Source: Vicinamibacteria bacterium (GTDB lineage: Bacteria; Acidobacteriota; Vicinamibacteria; Marinacidobacterales; Marinacidobacteraceae). From it: a DNA stretch of 64,000 bases. The notes beneath the pieces were generated by a model. The model made no database searches and was not told the DNA's origin. It worked only from the letters and a program-made list of their open reading frames with translations. The position numbers and the translations under genes were made by a program. Location: contig OZ219816.1 in the NCBI GenBank assembly GCA_964291235.2, positions 320,001-384,000 on the forward strand, read 5' to 3'. Positions 1 to 9,603 of this stretch are shown here, one piece after another; the stretch's first letter is position 1, and every line of letters begins with the position of its first letter.

Positions 1-323
1 ACCGCCTCATCGGAAGACGCGTAGATGGGAATGAACTCGTGGGCTCCCGTCATTCGGAGCATTCTCTCCACCCGGTCCAGGACTCCCGAGAGGGCGATCC
101 GACCCCGTTTCGCCGAAGCCCGCCGGAAGAGGTCCATGAGGCACCCGATGGCGGCCGAATCGAGGTAGTTGACCGGCGAGAGATCGAAGACCACCGCCGG
201 CCGGTCGGTTTCGAGGTGATCGCCGACCTGATCGACGAAGGAATCGAGGGTGGCATAGACCAGGCGGGCTACTTCGACCCGAACCACCACCGCGGTGCCC
301 TCGGTGCGAGTGCTGACTTTCAT
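1..323 (-). CDS. STAS-domain anti-sigma factor antagonist (3' end outside window)
   Basis: Manual translation (not in ORF track): MKVSTRTEGTAVVVRVEVARLVYATLDSF...VVFDLSPVNYLDSAAIGCLM...RIALSGVLDRVERMLRMTG. DLSxVxYLDS motif; ATG overlaps the sigma-factor stop (ATGA). Confidence 0.85.
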   Translation of the reverse strand, partial: MKVSTRTEGTAVVVRVEVARLVYATLDSFVDQVGDHLETDRPAVVFDLSPVNYLDSAAIGCLMDLFRRASAKRGRIALSGVLDRVERMLRMTGAHEFIPIYASSDEA

Positions 324-886
324 GATGTGAATCTCCGTTGGTCCGCGGACGCGGACGGCCGGCGGGGGGCGCCCCGGGCGGCGACGAGAAGACGCTTCAG
401 CTCGGCGCGCCCCCGATGAATGCGGCTCTTTACGGTTCCCTCGGGGACACCGAGGCGGTCGCAGATTTCCTCGTACGGCAACTCCTGGAAGAATCGGAGC
501 TGCACCACCTCCCGGAGCTTGGGAGAAAGGCCTTCGAGCGCCGCGAGCAGGCTGGCGCGCACCTCGCGCTGTTCGAGCAGGCGATCCGGTCCGAGGCGCG
601 CGTTGCCCGGGGTCCGCTCCAGCGGGGCCTCCTCGGGGAGGAGCCGCCGCCGCTCGCGGACCTTGCTCCGGTAGTGGTCAATGCAGTAGTTCCGGGCAAC
701 CGAGTTGAGCCACACGGCGAAATGCGCCCGCGGATCGAACCGATCCAATTGGTGGTAGACGCGGACAATGATTTCCTGCGTCAGTTCTTCGGCCTCCTGA
801 TACTGGCCGGTGAAGCGGTAGGCAAGCGACATCAGGCGCCGGCGATGCCGTCCGATGAGGTCGGTCCACGCGGCGTCGGGGTCCAT
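320..886 (-). CDS. ECF RNA polymerase sigma-70 factor
   Basis: Region 2 (EAEELTQE...WLNSVARNYCID) and region 4 (LPYEEI...VPEGTVKSRIHRGR). The frame stays open upstream, so the start is uncertain. Confidence 0.92.
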   Translation of the reverse strand: MDPDAAWTDLIGRHRRRLMSLAYRFTGQYQEAEELTQEIIVRVYHQLDRFDPRAHFAVWLNSVARNYCIDHYRSKVRERRRLLPEEAPLERTPGNARLGPDRLLEQREVRASLLAALEGLSPKLREVVQLRFFQELPYEEICDRLGVPEGTVKSRIHRGRAELKRLLVAARGAPRRPSASADQRRFTS

Positions 887-1021
887 CTCACCGGCGCGAA
901 GCGCCTGGATGGTCGCGATGTCCTGTGAATTACGAATGTCACTTGCGTCGGGTCCATCGCGCGCCCCGGTGGAGTGTGCGGTCGGTTCGATGGTGGTGAA
1001 CTCGGTCAGGACTTCGAGAGC

Positions 1022-1855
1022 TTAGGTCTCGGGAACCTCGGGGCGTCCGGCCGCCACCCAGGCGGTGTACCAGAGGCTCGCGGTGTCGCGCGCCGCTTCG
1101 GTCATCAGCGCTCCGATAAGTCCCTCGAGTTCATTCCACATGCCGTCCATGTAGAACCGGTCGTACCCGGCGACGCCGCGGCGCGACATCGAGTCCTGGA
1201 AGGTGATGTTGTCCACCCAGATGTGCGCCTTGAGCGGCAGCGAGCGAATGAACTCGTGCGGGCGGTCGAGATACACGCCAGCCGAATCGCGGACCCGTAT
1301 GTCGTCGGCAAAAATCTCGAGGAGCTGCGTATCGAAGCGGCGAGCCAGGCCGTCCTGCTGGGTGGCCTGGCCATCTCCGGCGGCAGACGTGTTCGGCGGA
1401 ACGCTCAGCTCGCCCACGAGCCAGGCCACATCGCTGGCGCGTTCGAGCGCGAGATCGAAATCGGCCTCCTCGAACGCCGCCACCAGCGCGTCGTAGGACT
1501 CGAGTAGCCGCCACAGGGCATCGCCGTTTTCGGCGATTTCTTCCTCCGAGAAGCGCCGTAGCGCCAGCTCGCGGGTGGCCGGAACGTCATAGAACGGAAA
1601 CTCGTCGTACGTCTCGAGGAAGAAATGCGCGGCGTCGCGGCTGCGCGCCGGGTCGTCCAGCAGTTCGTACAACGTCTCTTCCCGGTCCTCGAAGAAGTCC
1701 TTGAGGGGATCGCGCAGGGATTCGATCGCCTTCTCCCCGATCTCCCGGTGACCCTCCGGGCCCCAGGACAGGGCGGGGCCGGCCCATACCGCCAGGCAAG
1801 CAAGAGCCGCGAGTGCTCGTACCCGGCGCCGCGTGGTTCCGATTAGCAATGTCAA
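1022..1855 (-). CDS. Secreted S1/P1 nuclease / Zn-phospholipase C-like protein
   Basis: Signal peptide followed by WGPEGH, the N-terminal WGxxGH Zn-binding motif. Start approximate (TTG). Confidence 0.65.
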   Translation of the reverse strand: MTLLIGTTRRRVRALAALACLAVWAGPALSWGPEGHREIGEKAIESLRDPLKDFFEDREETLYELLDDPARSRDAAHFFLETYDEFPFYDVPATRELALRRFSEEEIAENGDALWRLLESYDALVAAFEEADFDLALERASDVAWLVGELSVPPNTSAAGDGQATQQDGLARRFDTQLLEIFADDIRVRDSAGVYLDRPHEFIRSLPLKAHIWVDNITFQDSMSRRGVAGYDRFYMDGMWNELEGLIGALMTEAARDTASLWYTAWVAAGRPEVPET

Positions 1856-1973
1856 GCGACCGTCCCGTGGACGGCCGGATTCTAGCCAGAGGCCGCAGCC
1901 CGCGTGGCGGGCCGCCCGCGCCGGCGCTCCGCGTCTCCCCCGGGAGGCCGAAAACCGCTCGCCGCCCGCTCGG

Positions 1974-2750
1974 TCAGGCGCCGCCGACACCCATGCTCCG
2001 GGCGACGGTCAGGATGTCCACCGGCCCGGAGCCGGCCCGGACCAGGGCCCGCGCCGCCGCCTCCACCGTGCTTCCGGTGGTGAACACGTCGTCAACCAGC
2101 AGGAGGGGCCGACCCGCGAGTTCTCCGGGCAGCCGGCCGGCCCGAAAGGCCCCGCGCACATTCCGCCGCCGGGCGCTCGGGCTGACCAGGGTCTGTGGAG
2201 GTCGCGCCCGGCGACGCAGCAGGCCGCGCCGGACCGGAATCCCGAGCGCCCGCGCGACCGGCCGAGCCAGCAGCTCCGCCTGGTTGAACCCGCGGCGTCG
2301 GCCCCGCCAGAACGGGACCGGGACGGGTACTGCCGCAACCGGCGGAAGCCCCCCGGTGGCGGCGCCGGAATCCCGGGGAGCGCGGCGGAAGGCGCGGATG
2401 GCGGGGTCTGCCAGGAGATCCGCGAGCACCTCCCGGCGCCCGAATTTGAGTTCCACCACCGCCTTCTGAAACACCCCCTCATAGGGCGCCGCCGCCACCG
2501 CCAGCCGAAAAGGCCGCCGGCGCACCCGGCACTCCCCACAGACGCCCGCCGCCGCCGAGGGAGCGAAGAACACGCCGCACTTCCGGCACGCGGGCGCCGC
2601 CAGGGGGCGGAGCTGGTCCGCGCACGGCCGGCATACCGGGCCGGTCAGCGGATCCGGCAGCGGCTCCTCGCACAAGCAGCAGGCCTGGGGAAACAGAAGC
2701 TGCCCGAACGCGCGCCGCCAACGCGCCGGCAGGAGAAATCGGGTCCGCAA
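1974..2750 (-). CDS. comF: ComF family protein (double zinc ribbon + PRTase)
   Basis: CxxC pairs, RGFNQAELLA, LLVDDVFTTGST. Confidence 0.9.
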   Translation of the reverse strand: MRTRFLLPARWRRAFGQLLFPQACCLCEEPLPDPLTGPVCRPCADQLRPLAAPACRKCGVFFAPSAAAGVCGECRVRRRPFRLAVAAAPYEGVFQKAVVELKFGRREVLADLLADPAIRAFRRAPRDSGAATGGLPPVAAVPVPVPFWRGRRRGFNQAELLARPVARALGIPVRRGLLRRRARPPQTLVSPSARRRNVRGAFRAGRLPGELAGRPLLLVDDVFTTGSTVEAAARALVRAGSGPVDILTVARSMGVGGA

Positions 2751-2759
2751 GGGGCGGAC

Positions 2760-3578
2760 TTAGACCAGGCGGAGATCCGTCACCACACCCGCCGCGCACA
2801 AGCGAACGTAAACGTCCGTGACCATCACCCACACCAGACTCGCCCAGGCAAAGTTCGCGTGGCGCAGGTTGAACCAGTTGGTGCACTCGTAGGCGCAGCG
2901 CCGCACCGGCCGGCCCGAGAGCCGGTCCAGGAATCCACCCGCCAGGTGGCGCAACGAATGACATCCCAGGGTGTAGCCGGCGAGCAATGCGGCGTTGACC
3001 GTCATCACCAGGGTTCCGACCCCGATGCCGAAGGCAACCTCACCGGTGGCGGGGTCGGCGAACCGGGTCGCCCCCCAGGTGTAATAGACGTGGAGCCCGA
3101 TCCAGACCAGCGCGATGTAGAGGAAATAGCGGTGGATGTTCTGCAGGATGAGCGGAAAGCTGTTTTCACCGCGGTAGGTGTTCCAGGGTTTGCCCACCGT
3201 GCAGGACGCGGGACTGGCCCAGAACGCCTTGTAGTACGAGCCGCGGTAGTAGTAGCAGGTGAGGCGCAGCCCCGCCGGCGCCCAGAACAGGAAGACGCCG
3301 GGGGCCCAGGGCAGGAGCGCCGGCCAGGACCCGGGTTTCGGACCGAACCAGGCGTGCGCGGTGTCACCGAAGAGCACCGGCACGTGGATCGGCGATATGT
3401 AGTTGCCGAACTCGGCCCCGTGGTGCGCAAAGACGGCCCACGTCGAATAGACCACGAACACGCCAAGGCCAACAAAAGTGGCGGTCGGCGTGACCCACCA
3501 GGGATCGCGCCGCCGGGTGGCCCCGAAACCCTGCGGAACGGGAAGGGCGCCGGTGAGCAGAGGGAGCGACCGAGCCAT
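2760..3578 (-). CDS. Succinate dehydrogenase membrane-anchor-like protein (Rv0249c/Sdh1 type)
   Basis: RRDPWW, LRLTCYYYRGSYYKAFWASPASC, FPLILQNIHRYF, YTLGCHSLRH motifs; multiple TM segments. Confidence 0.7.
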   Translation of the reverse strand: MARSLPLLTGALPVPQGFGATRRRDPWWVTPTATFVGLGVFVVYSTWAVFAHHGAEFGNYISPIHVPVLFGDTAHAWFGPKPGSWPALLPWAPGVFLFWAPAGLRLTCYYYRGSYYKAFWASPASCTVGKPWNTYRGENSFPLILQNIHRYFLYIALVWIGLHVYYTWGATRFADPATGEVAFGIGVGTLVMTVNAALLAGYTLGCHSLRHLAGGFLDRLSGRPVRRCAYECTNWFNLRHANFAWASLVWVMVTDVYVRLCAAGVVTDLRLV

Positions 3579-3618
3579 GCGGGAGAGAATTCTATCGGGG
3601 CGTGCGAGAGTGCCCCGA

Positions 3619-3704
3619 GGACGCCAACCTCCAGGAAGGGCGCCGGCCTCCGAACCGGCCCCGTGCTCCCGGCGGGGGCCGCGGCGGCAGGCCGCGAGAC
3701 TCCC
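3619..3704 (+). repeat. Degenerate copy of the REP-like hairpin family
   Basis: GGACGCCAACCTCCAGG, GGGCGCCGGCCTCCGAACCGGC and CGCGGCGGCAGGCCGCGAGACTCCC resemble the ends of the 217-bp element. Confidence 0.45.
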
Positions 3705-3756
3705 CATCGCCCCCTGCGGCACCCCTCAGCCGGGGACGCCGACCGGATCTTTTCGC

Positions 3757-5109
3757 TCAGACCACCGGTGGCGCGGATCCCCCATCGCCCACGGGCACCG
3801 GCCGGATCGCCTCCACATCGAGCCGGACGCCTCCATACGTCCCACACTCGGGACAACCGTCGGTCCAATCCGCCTGCCGGGTTCCGCACGCCGAACAGCA
3901 GTACTCGGCCGCGAGGGACGGCTCGGCGGAAATCACCTCCCGCGCCCGGATCACGGCTTCGGCGAGATCGCCGCGGCCCTCGAGAATCCGGGAAAGACGG
4001 GCGGCGAGCGCCGGAGCGGCCGTGCGCGGCAGGTTGGCGAAGGTCTTGAGCGCGTCGTCCAGCATGTAGAGGCGGTCGTAGAGCTTTCCCAGCAGATACT
4101 GGCTCTCCGCCGGTTTCTCGGCAGCCCCGATGGCCCGTTTCCAGACGGAGATCGCATCCTCGGGACAGGTCCGGTCGAGGTAGTAGTCCTGGAGAGCCGA
4201 GAGGGGCGCCGTCGCTCCGGTCAGATCAAATGCCTTCTGCCAGGTCTCGACGGCTGCCCTTTCATTGCCTCCGGCCAGGTACGCCTGCCCAAGCCGCACC
4301 CACGCCGGCACCGCGGCGGGATCCTCTTCGAGGATGGCCCGGAAAACCCGCGCCGCCTCGGCCGTCTCGCCCTGGTCGAGCAGTTCCTTGGCGTAGCCGT
4401 GCCGGAGCGACAGCGTCCGCTGTTCCTCGCCGGCGCGGGCGGAGGGGGGCACCTGAGAGACAAGTCGCTGCTGGACCGACAGGGCCGCCCGGTGTTCGCC
4501 CAACCCGACGAGGATGTCCCGCAACCGGGCGAGGGCCGGAATCGGCGCCTCGGGATCCTCGGAAACCGTCGTTTCGAGGAGCGCCCGCGCCTGCTCCGGA
4601 TCGCCCATGGCCTCCCGTGCCTCGGCCAGCGCGTACGCCACCTCGCGGTTTCCGCGATCCTCGGCCAGTGCCTGCTCGAGCGCTTCCGCGGCGTCCGCCG
4701 GGCGGTCGAGCCGCATCAGGCAATCGCCCTTCCTGCGGAGCGTCTTCGTGTCGGCGCCGGCGTACTCCTGCGCCGCCTCGAAGCTGAGGAGCGCCTCCGA
4801 CCACTTTCCGGAGGCCATCTCGTCGAGTCCGTCGAGGTACAGGCGCTCGCCTTCCTCAAGATCGTGGCGGCCGCGCCGGAGACGCCGCTCGCGTACCAGA
4901 CGCCGGACCCGGCCCGCGAGGTCGAACGCGAGAGCGATCGCGGCTCCGAGGCCCACGCCGGCGAACATCACCTTCCACAGTTCCACCCGAATCGGGAGGA
5001 ACAGCGGCAGCGTCACGGTGACGAACTGCGTGTTGGAAACCACAACCACCAGCAGCAAGCCCGCGGTAAGGAGAACCGCCGCTACGAACAGCACGGTGCG
5101 AATGCCCAT
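3757..5109 (-). CDS. lapB: LapA/LapB-like LPS assembly regulator (TM + TPR + rubredoxin-like C-terminus)
   Basis: Two N-terminal TM helices (LapA-like), TPR repeats, C-terminal CSACG...CPECG. Confidence 0.75.
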   Translation of the reverse strand: MGIRTVLFVAAVLLTAGLLLVVVVSNTQFVTVTLPLFLPIRVELWKVMFAGVGLGAAIALAFDLAGRVRRLVRERRLRRGRHDLEEGERLYLDGLDEMASGKWSEALLSFEAAQEYAGADTKTLRRKGDCLMRLDRPADAAEALEQALAEDRGNREVAYALAEAREAMGDPEQARALLETTVSEDPEAPIPALARLRDILVGLGEHRAALSVQQRLVSQVPPSARAGEEQRTLSLRHGYAKELLDQGETAEAARVFRAILEEDPAAVPAWVRLGQAYLAGGNERAAVETWQKAFDLTGATAPLSALQDYYLDRTCPEDAISVWKRAIGAAEKPAESQYLLGKLYDRLYMLDDALKTFANLPRTAAPALAARLSRILEGRGDLAEAVIRAREVISAEPSLAAEYCCSACGTRQADWTDGCPECGTYGGVRLDVEAIRPVPVGDGGSAPPVV

Positions 5110-5140
5110 CGGATCTCGTTCTTCTTCGGAAGACTCGATT

Positions 5141-5548
5141 CTAAGGGTTGACCCCGGTGTCCGTGGCGCCGTCGGCGGCGGGCGGCTCCGGCTGCCAGCG
5201 GCCGGCATCGCCCCAGAGCTTTTCCAGTTGGTACACCTCGCGGCTCTCCTGCGAGAAGACGTGAACGACGAAGTCCACGTAGTCGGCCAGCAGCCAGCCG
5301 GCCGCCGGATACCCCTCGACGTGCATGGGTTTGCGGCCGAACCGCTCCCGGAGCCGGCGCCCGACGGCGTCCACGATGGTCCTGCGCCGTCGCTCGCTGG
5401 CGGCCGTCGCAATTACGAAGAAGTCGGTAAAGCCGGCGAGGCCGCGAAGGTCAAGCACGACCACCTGGGCGGCTTTTTCGAGCATCGCCACCTCGGCGGA
5501 GAGGCGCGCGCAGGACTCGGCGGAGGCGGCAGGAACGGATTCGCTCAA
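5141..5548 (-). CDS. rsfS: Ribosome silencing factor
   Basis: VVLDLRGLAGFTDFFVIAT, WLLADYVDFVVHVF, YQLEKLWGDA; follows nadD. Confidence 0.93.
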   Translation of the reverse strand: MSESVPAASAESCARLSAEVAMLEKAAQVVVLDLRGLAGFTDFFVIATAASERRRRTIVDAVGRRLRERFGRKPMHVEGYPAAGWLLADYVDFVVHVFSQESREVYQLEKLWGDAGRWQPEPPAADGATDTGVNP

Positions 5549-6216
5549 AGGTACAGCCCCTGTTCGGCAATGCGGGACGCGACCCGGGAGGGCAGCAGGC
5601 CGTCCACCGGGGCCCGCGCCCGCAGGAGTTCCCGAATCCGGCGGGACTCGGGGTGGGGAAGAGAAATATCCATAGTGAAAATCCGCGGCGGCATCAGGGA
5701 CACGGACAGATCATCGGTCACCCGAGCGCGGAGGTGGGCGGGAAGCACGGCGACGGCGTCCCCAATCGGACATCCGGACCGCCGATGCACGAGGACCGGA
5801 TGCCGCCCGAGCAACTCTTCGTAGCGGCTCCAGGTCCGAATCTCGCAGAAAGCGTCACTGCCGACGACGAAGATCAAGGAGGGCTCGCCGCCGCTCGCCG
5901 GGGGCCGCTCGGCCGCCAGCGCATCGAGCGTATCGATCGTGAAGGACGGCCCGTCCCGCTCGAGCTCGATGGGACTCGCCAGCAGGCGATCCCGGTCCGA
6001 CACCGCTGCTTCAACGAGGCGAAACCGCTCCCGGGCCGAAAGGCGCGGCGGTTCCGGTCGGTGCGGCGGAATGCTCGCCGGAACCAGCCAGACCGCATCG
6101 ACCCCCATGCGGTCCCGCACCGCCTCGGCCGCCCGGACATGACCCCAGTGCGGAGGATCGAAGGTCCCACCGAGCACCGCGATGACGCCGGGCCGCCGGA
6201 TCGGGGAGTCCGTCAC
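5545..6216 (-). CDS. nadD: Nicotinate-nucleotide adenylyltransferase
   Basis: GGTFDPPHWGH, PPHR, SFTIDTL, GSDAF. Confidence 0.92.
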   Translation of the reverse strand: MTDSPIRRPGVIAVLGGTFDPPHWGHVRAAEAVRDRMGVDAVWLVPASIPPHRPEPPRLSARERFRLVEAAVSDRDRLLASPIELERDGPSFTIDTLDALAAERPPASGGEPSLIFVVGSDAFCEIRTWSRYEELLGRHPVLVHRRSGCPIGDAVAVLPAHLRARVTDDLSVSLMPPRIFTMDISLPHPESRRIRELLRARAPVDGLLPSRVASRIAEQGLYL

Positions 6217-7226
6217 GCGTCGTTTCCCGCCCAGGTTCCGGCCACCCGGGCGCCGAGCTCGGCTACCAGAGCCGCGCAGCCCTCACCCGTGGCCGCCGAG
6301 ATTGCGAAGAAGGGCAGCCGCGACGACTGGGCCGCTGCCGACAGAGCTTGGAGCCGGCCATCGTCTCCAAGGATGTCCGTCTTGTTCCCCACCACCAGCG
6401 CCGGCTTGCCCGGGAGGTCGCCGCCGTAGAGCGTCACTTCCCGCTGCAACACCCCCAGATCGTCCGCCGGAGCCCGTTCCGACGACTCCGAGAGGTCCAC
6501 GAAATACACGAGGAACGCCGTGCGCGACAGGTGCTTCAGAAACCGCGTGCCCAAACCGGCGCCCTGGCTGGCGCCGGGAATGAGGCCGGGGAGGTCGGCC
6601 ACCACGAACTCCCCGTCGTCGCCGAGCCGCACGAGGCCCAGGTTGGGGGTCAGGGTGGTGAACGGATAGTCCGCGATGCGGGGCCTGGCAGCGCTGACGC
6701 GGGCGATGAAGGAGGACTTCCCGGCATTCGGGAAACCGACCAGGCCCACGTCCGCGAGGAGCCGCAACTCGAGCCGGACGGTGCGCGCCGCTCCCGGCTC
6801 CCCGGGCTCGGTGCGCCGCGGCGCCTGGTTGGTCGGGGTCCGAAAGACCGCGTTTCCCCGTCCGCCGCGGCCGCCCGGCGCCACTGTGAGCGAGTTCCCG
6901 TCTTCCACCAGATCCCCGAGCAGGACCCCCGTTTCTTCGTCGAACGCCGCCGTGCCCGCGGGCACCCGGAGGAGGAGGTCCTGACCCGAGCGGCCCTGCC
7001 GGTTGTTCCCCGACCCGTGGCCGCCGGCTGCCGCCCGGTAGCTCGGCCGGAATCGATATGCCCCCAGCGTGTGCCGGCCGCGATCCGCGATCAGCACCAC
7101 GCTTCCCCCCCGTCCCCCATTGCCTCCGTCGGGTCCGCCCCGGGGGACGAACTTCTCCCGGCGAAAGCTGAGAGCGCCGTTTCCGCCGCGCCCTCCGGCA
7201 AGCTTCACGACAACCTCGTCGATCAT
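6213..7226 (-). CDS. obgE: GTPase ObgE
   Basis: MIDEV..GGRGGNG..SFRREKFVPRGGPDGG, GFPNAGKSS, DYPFTT, DLPG, NKTD. Confidence 0.96.
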   Translation of the reverse strand: MIDEVVVKLAGGRGGNGALSFRREKFVPRGGPDGGNGGRGGSVVLIADRGRHTLGAYRFRPSYRAAAGGHGSGNNRQGRSGQDLLLRVPAGTAAFDEETGVLLGDLVEDGNSLTVAPGGRGGRGNAVFRTPTNQAPRRTEPGEPGAARTVRLELRLLADVGLVGFPNAGKSSFIARVSAARPRIADYPFTTLTPNLGLVRLGDDGEFVVADLPGLIPGASQGAGLGTRFLKHLSRTAFLVYFVDLSESSERAPADDLGVLQREVTLYGGDLPGKPALVVGNKTDILGDDGRLQALSAAAQSSRLPFFAISAATGEGCAALVAELGARVAGTWAGNDA

Positions 7227-7230
7227 TTGT

Positions 7231-7530
7231 CCCGTGGGGGAGCGCCCCGCGCTGTTGTCCCGATCCAGGTCGCGCCGAACGGGCGAGCCACTGCGGGGCG
7301 CTCCCCCACGGGATGATGTCGCGCCTCGCTGCGCGAGCCTCGCCATCGTTCTTCTTGGGGAGGGGAAACCCCTCCCCCGCGGCGCTCCGCGCCGCGAATC
7401 GATCCTGGCAGGCCTTCGCCAACTCTTCCCATCAGATAACCGGAACGTGCTGTTGTCCCGATCCAGATCGCGCCGAACGGGCGAGCGGGTGTGGGGCGCT
7501 CCCCCACGGGATGATGGCGCGCCTCGCTGC
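7231..7530. repeat. Two copies of a ~85-100-bp palindromic intergenic element
   Basis: GCTGTTGTCCCGATCCAG.TCGCGCCGAACGGGCGAGC...GGGGCGCTCCCCCACGGGATGATG.CGCGCCTCGCTGC occurs twice. The first copy has arms CCCGTGGGGGAGCGCCCCGC / GCGGGGCGCTCCCCCACGGG. Confidence 0.8.
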
Positions 7531-7610
7531 AAACGTGCACCGCGGCTACCAAACCAAACGGGTGACCGGCGTCGGCCGGTCCGGGAACGATCGGGTCGCC
7601 CCTGGAGAAC

Positions 7611-7865
7611 TCAGTCTGCGGCGATCGAGATGAATCGCCCGAGCCGGCCGCGGTTCCAGAACTCGACCACCCCGCCGACCTTGGCGAACAGGGTGTCGTC
7701 ATTTCCGCGTCCAACGTTGGCCCCCGGCCGGAAGCGGGTGCCGCGCTGGCGGACCAGGATCGTTCCGCCCAATACCCGCTCTCCGGCGAAGCGCTTGACG
7801 CCGAGCCGCTTCGAGTGGCTGTCGCGCCCGTTTCTGGAGCTTCCCTGTCCCTTCTTGTGCGCCAC
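7611..7865 (-). CDS. rpmA: 50S ribosomal protein L27
   Basis: [22 protein letters not shown]. Confidence 0.98.
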   Translation of the reverse strand: MAHKKGQGSSRNGRDSHSKRLGVKRFAGERVLGGTILVRQRGTRFRPGANVGRGNDDTLFAKVGGVVEFWNRGRLGRFISIAAD

Positions 7866-7910
7866 GGTGCCCTCCCGATTGTTTCAGCCGCTGGTTCCGT
7901 CGTAGCTCTG

Positions 7911-8288
7911 TTACTCAGCTCCGGACGAGCCGTTTCCGGCCGCTGCGTTGGTGGTCTCCTCGTGGGTGGTCTCCTCGTGGATTGCCTCCACCCGGACCTG
8001 AACGCGAGCCTGCCGATGCCCCTGCTTCTTCCGATAGCCCTTGCGCCGCTTGCGCTTGAACACCAGGACCTTGGGGTCGCGATAGTGCGCCAGCACGGTC
8101 GCCGAGACCGTCGTTCCCGGCAGGTAGGGACTGCCGATGCGACACGCACCGCCCTCCGGATCCCGCACCATGAGGACGCGGTCAAACGAAACGGTGTCGC
8201 CGTCCTTGGCGTCGAGCTTTTCGAGCGCCAGACGCTGGCCAGGCTCGGCGCGGTGCTGCTTGCCGCCGCTTTCGATGATTGCGTACAT
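7911..8288 (-). CDS. rplU: 50S ribosomal protein L21
   Basis: MYAIIESGGKQ...KRKRRKGYRKKQGHRQ. Confidence 0.97.
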   Translation of the reverse strand: MYAIIESGGKQHRAEPGQRLALEKLDAKDGDTVSFDRVLMVRDPEGGACRIGSPYLPGTTVSATVLAHYRDPKVLVFKRKRRKGYRKKQGHRQARVQVRVEAIHEETTHEETTNAAAGNGSSGAE

Positions 8289-8361
8289 GAGGTTACTGCC
8301 CGAAGGAACGCGGGATTCTAGCAGTGCGGACCGCCTTGGAGGACGCCGCAACACTTGGTCA

Positions 8362-9603
8362 TCAGGAGACCCGGATCGACGCCAGCATGTCGGCGTTGTT
8401 CTTCGTTCGTCCCATCCTGCCGAGCAGCAGGGACATCGCCTCCATCGGCTTCAGGCCGGCCAGGGCGCGCCGCAGCAGGTGCGTCTTGGGCAGTTCTTCC
8501 GAAGACAGCAGGAGTTCTTCGCGCCGGGTTCCCGACTGGTGAATGTCAATCGCCGGAAAGATCCGTGACTCCGCCAGCTTCCGGTCCAGAACCAGCTCCA
8601 TGTTGCCGGTTCCCTTGAACTCCTGGAAGATGACCTCGTCCATCTGGCTTCCGGTATCCACGAGCGCCGTTCCGAGGATGGTCAGGCTTCCACCGTCCTC
8701 GATCTTGCGCGCCGCGCCGAAGAACTGGCGGGGGAACTCAAGCGCCCGCGAGTCGATGCCGCCACTCATGGTGCGGCCCTTCCCGCGCATTTCCCGGTTC
8801 GCGGCCCGGCCCAGCCGCGTGATGGAGTCGAGCAGAATGACCACGTCTTCCTTCATCTCGACAAGCCGGCGCGCCTGCTCAAGCACGATTCTGGCGACCC
8901 GGACGTGGTCCGCGCTGCCGCTGTCCGCGGTCGAGGCGACCGTTTCGGCCTTCGGAACCGAACGCCGCATGTGCGTGACTTCCTCGGGGCGCTCGTCGAT
9001 CAACAGGATGATGAGATGGATTCCCGGATAGTGCTCCGAAATGGACGCCCCGATCTGTTCGAGCAGGATGGTCTTGCCGGTTTTGGGGGCGGCCACGATG
9101 AGGCCGCGCTGGCCCCGTCCCACCGGGGCAATCAGATCCACCACCCGGAGCGATAGCGGAGCCGGCTCCGTGCGCGCCAGTTCGATGCGCGGTGCCGGAT
9201 GTTCGCTGATCAGATCGGCGTAGTTCCGCCGGGGAGGCAACGCCTCCACCGGGTAGCCGTTCACCTCGAGGACCGTGTGCAGTTCCGCCCGGGGCGGTCC
9301 CCCGCGCCGGCGGCCCCGCCTCGGCGGGCCGTGATAGCCGAGGATCATGTGTCCCTCGCGGAGCTTGTAACGATCGATCAGGCCGAACGGCACCCGGACA
9401 TCGGTGGCTCGCGGCAGGAAGTTGTTGGTGTGGAGCCGCAGATGACCGCTGTCGCGAGGCCCGATGTCCAGCAGGCCCGTGATCTCGATACGGGGAATCT
9501 CAGGTTCCTTGGTCTTGGGCTCGGAATCTTTCTCGCCAGCCGGGGAGATCGGTTCCGTCACGGTCAACTCCTCGCTCGCGGCGGAGACGGGCAAGTCGGG
9601 CAT
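8362..9603 (-). CDS. rho: Transcription termination factor Rho (short N-terminus)
   Basis: GRGQRGLIVAAPKTGKT, LIDERPEEVT, LLDSITRL, FKGTGNMEL. Confidence 0.92.
   Translation of the reverse strand: MPDLPVSAASEELTVTEPISPAGEKDSEPKTKEPEIPRIEITGLLDIGPRDSGHLRLHTNNFLPRATDVRVPFGLIDRYKLREGHMILGYHGPPRRGRRRGGPPRAELHTVLEVNGYPVEALPPRRNYADLISEHPAPRIELARTEPAPLSLRVVDLIAPVGRGQRGLIVAAPKTGKTILLEQIGASISEHYPGIHLIILLIDERPEEVTHMRRSVPKAETVASTADSGSADHVRVARIVLEQARRLVEMKEDVVILLDSITRLGRAANREMRGKGRTMSGGIDSRALEFPRQFFGAARKIEDGGSLTILGTALVDTGSQMDEVIFQEFKGTGNMELVLDRKLAESRIFPAIDIHQSGTRREELLLSSEELPKTHLLRRALAGLKPMEAMSLLLGRMGRTKNNADMLASIRVS

Noticed and set aside
1833-4049. Long ORFs such as 1833-4049, 10000-11961, 33538-35907 and the 5' part of 36188-38860
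   Set aside because: They are antisense shadows of real genes, typical of high-GC DNA.
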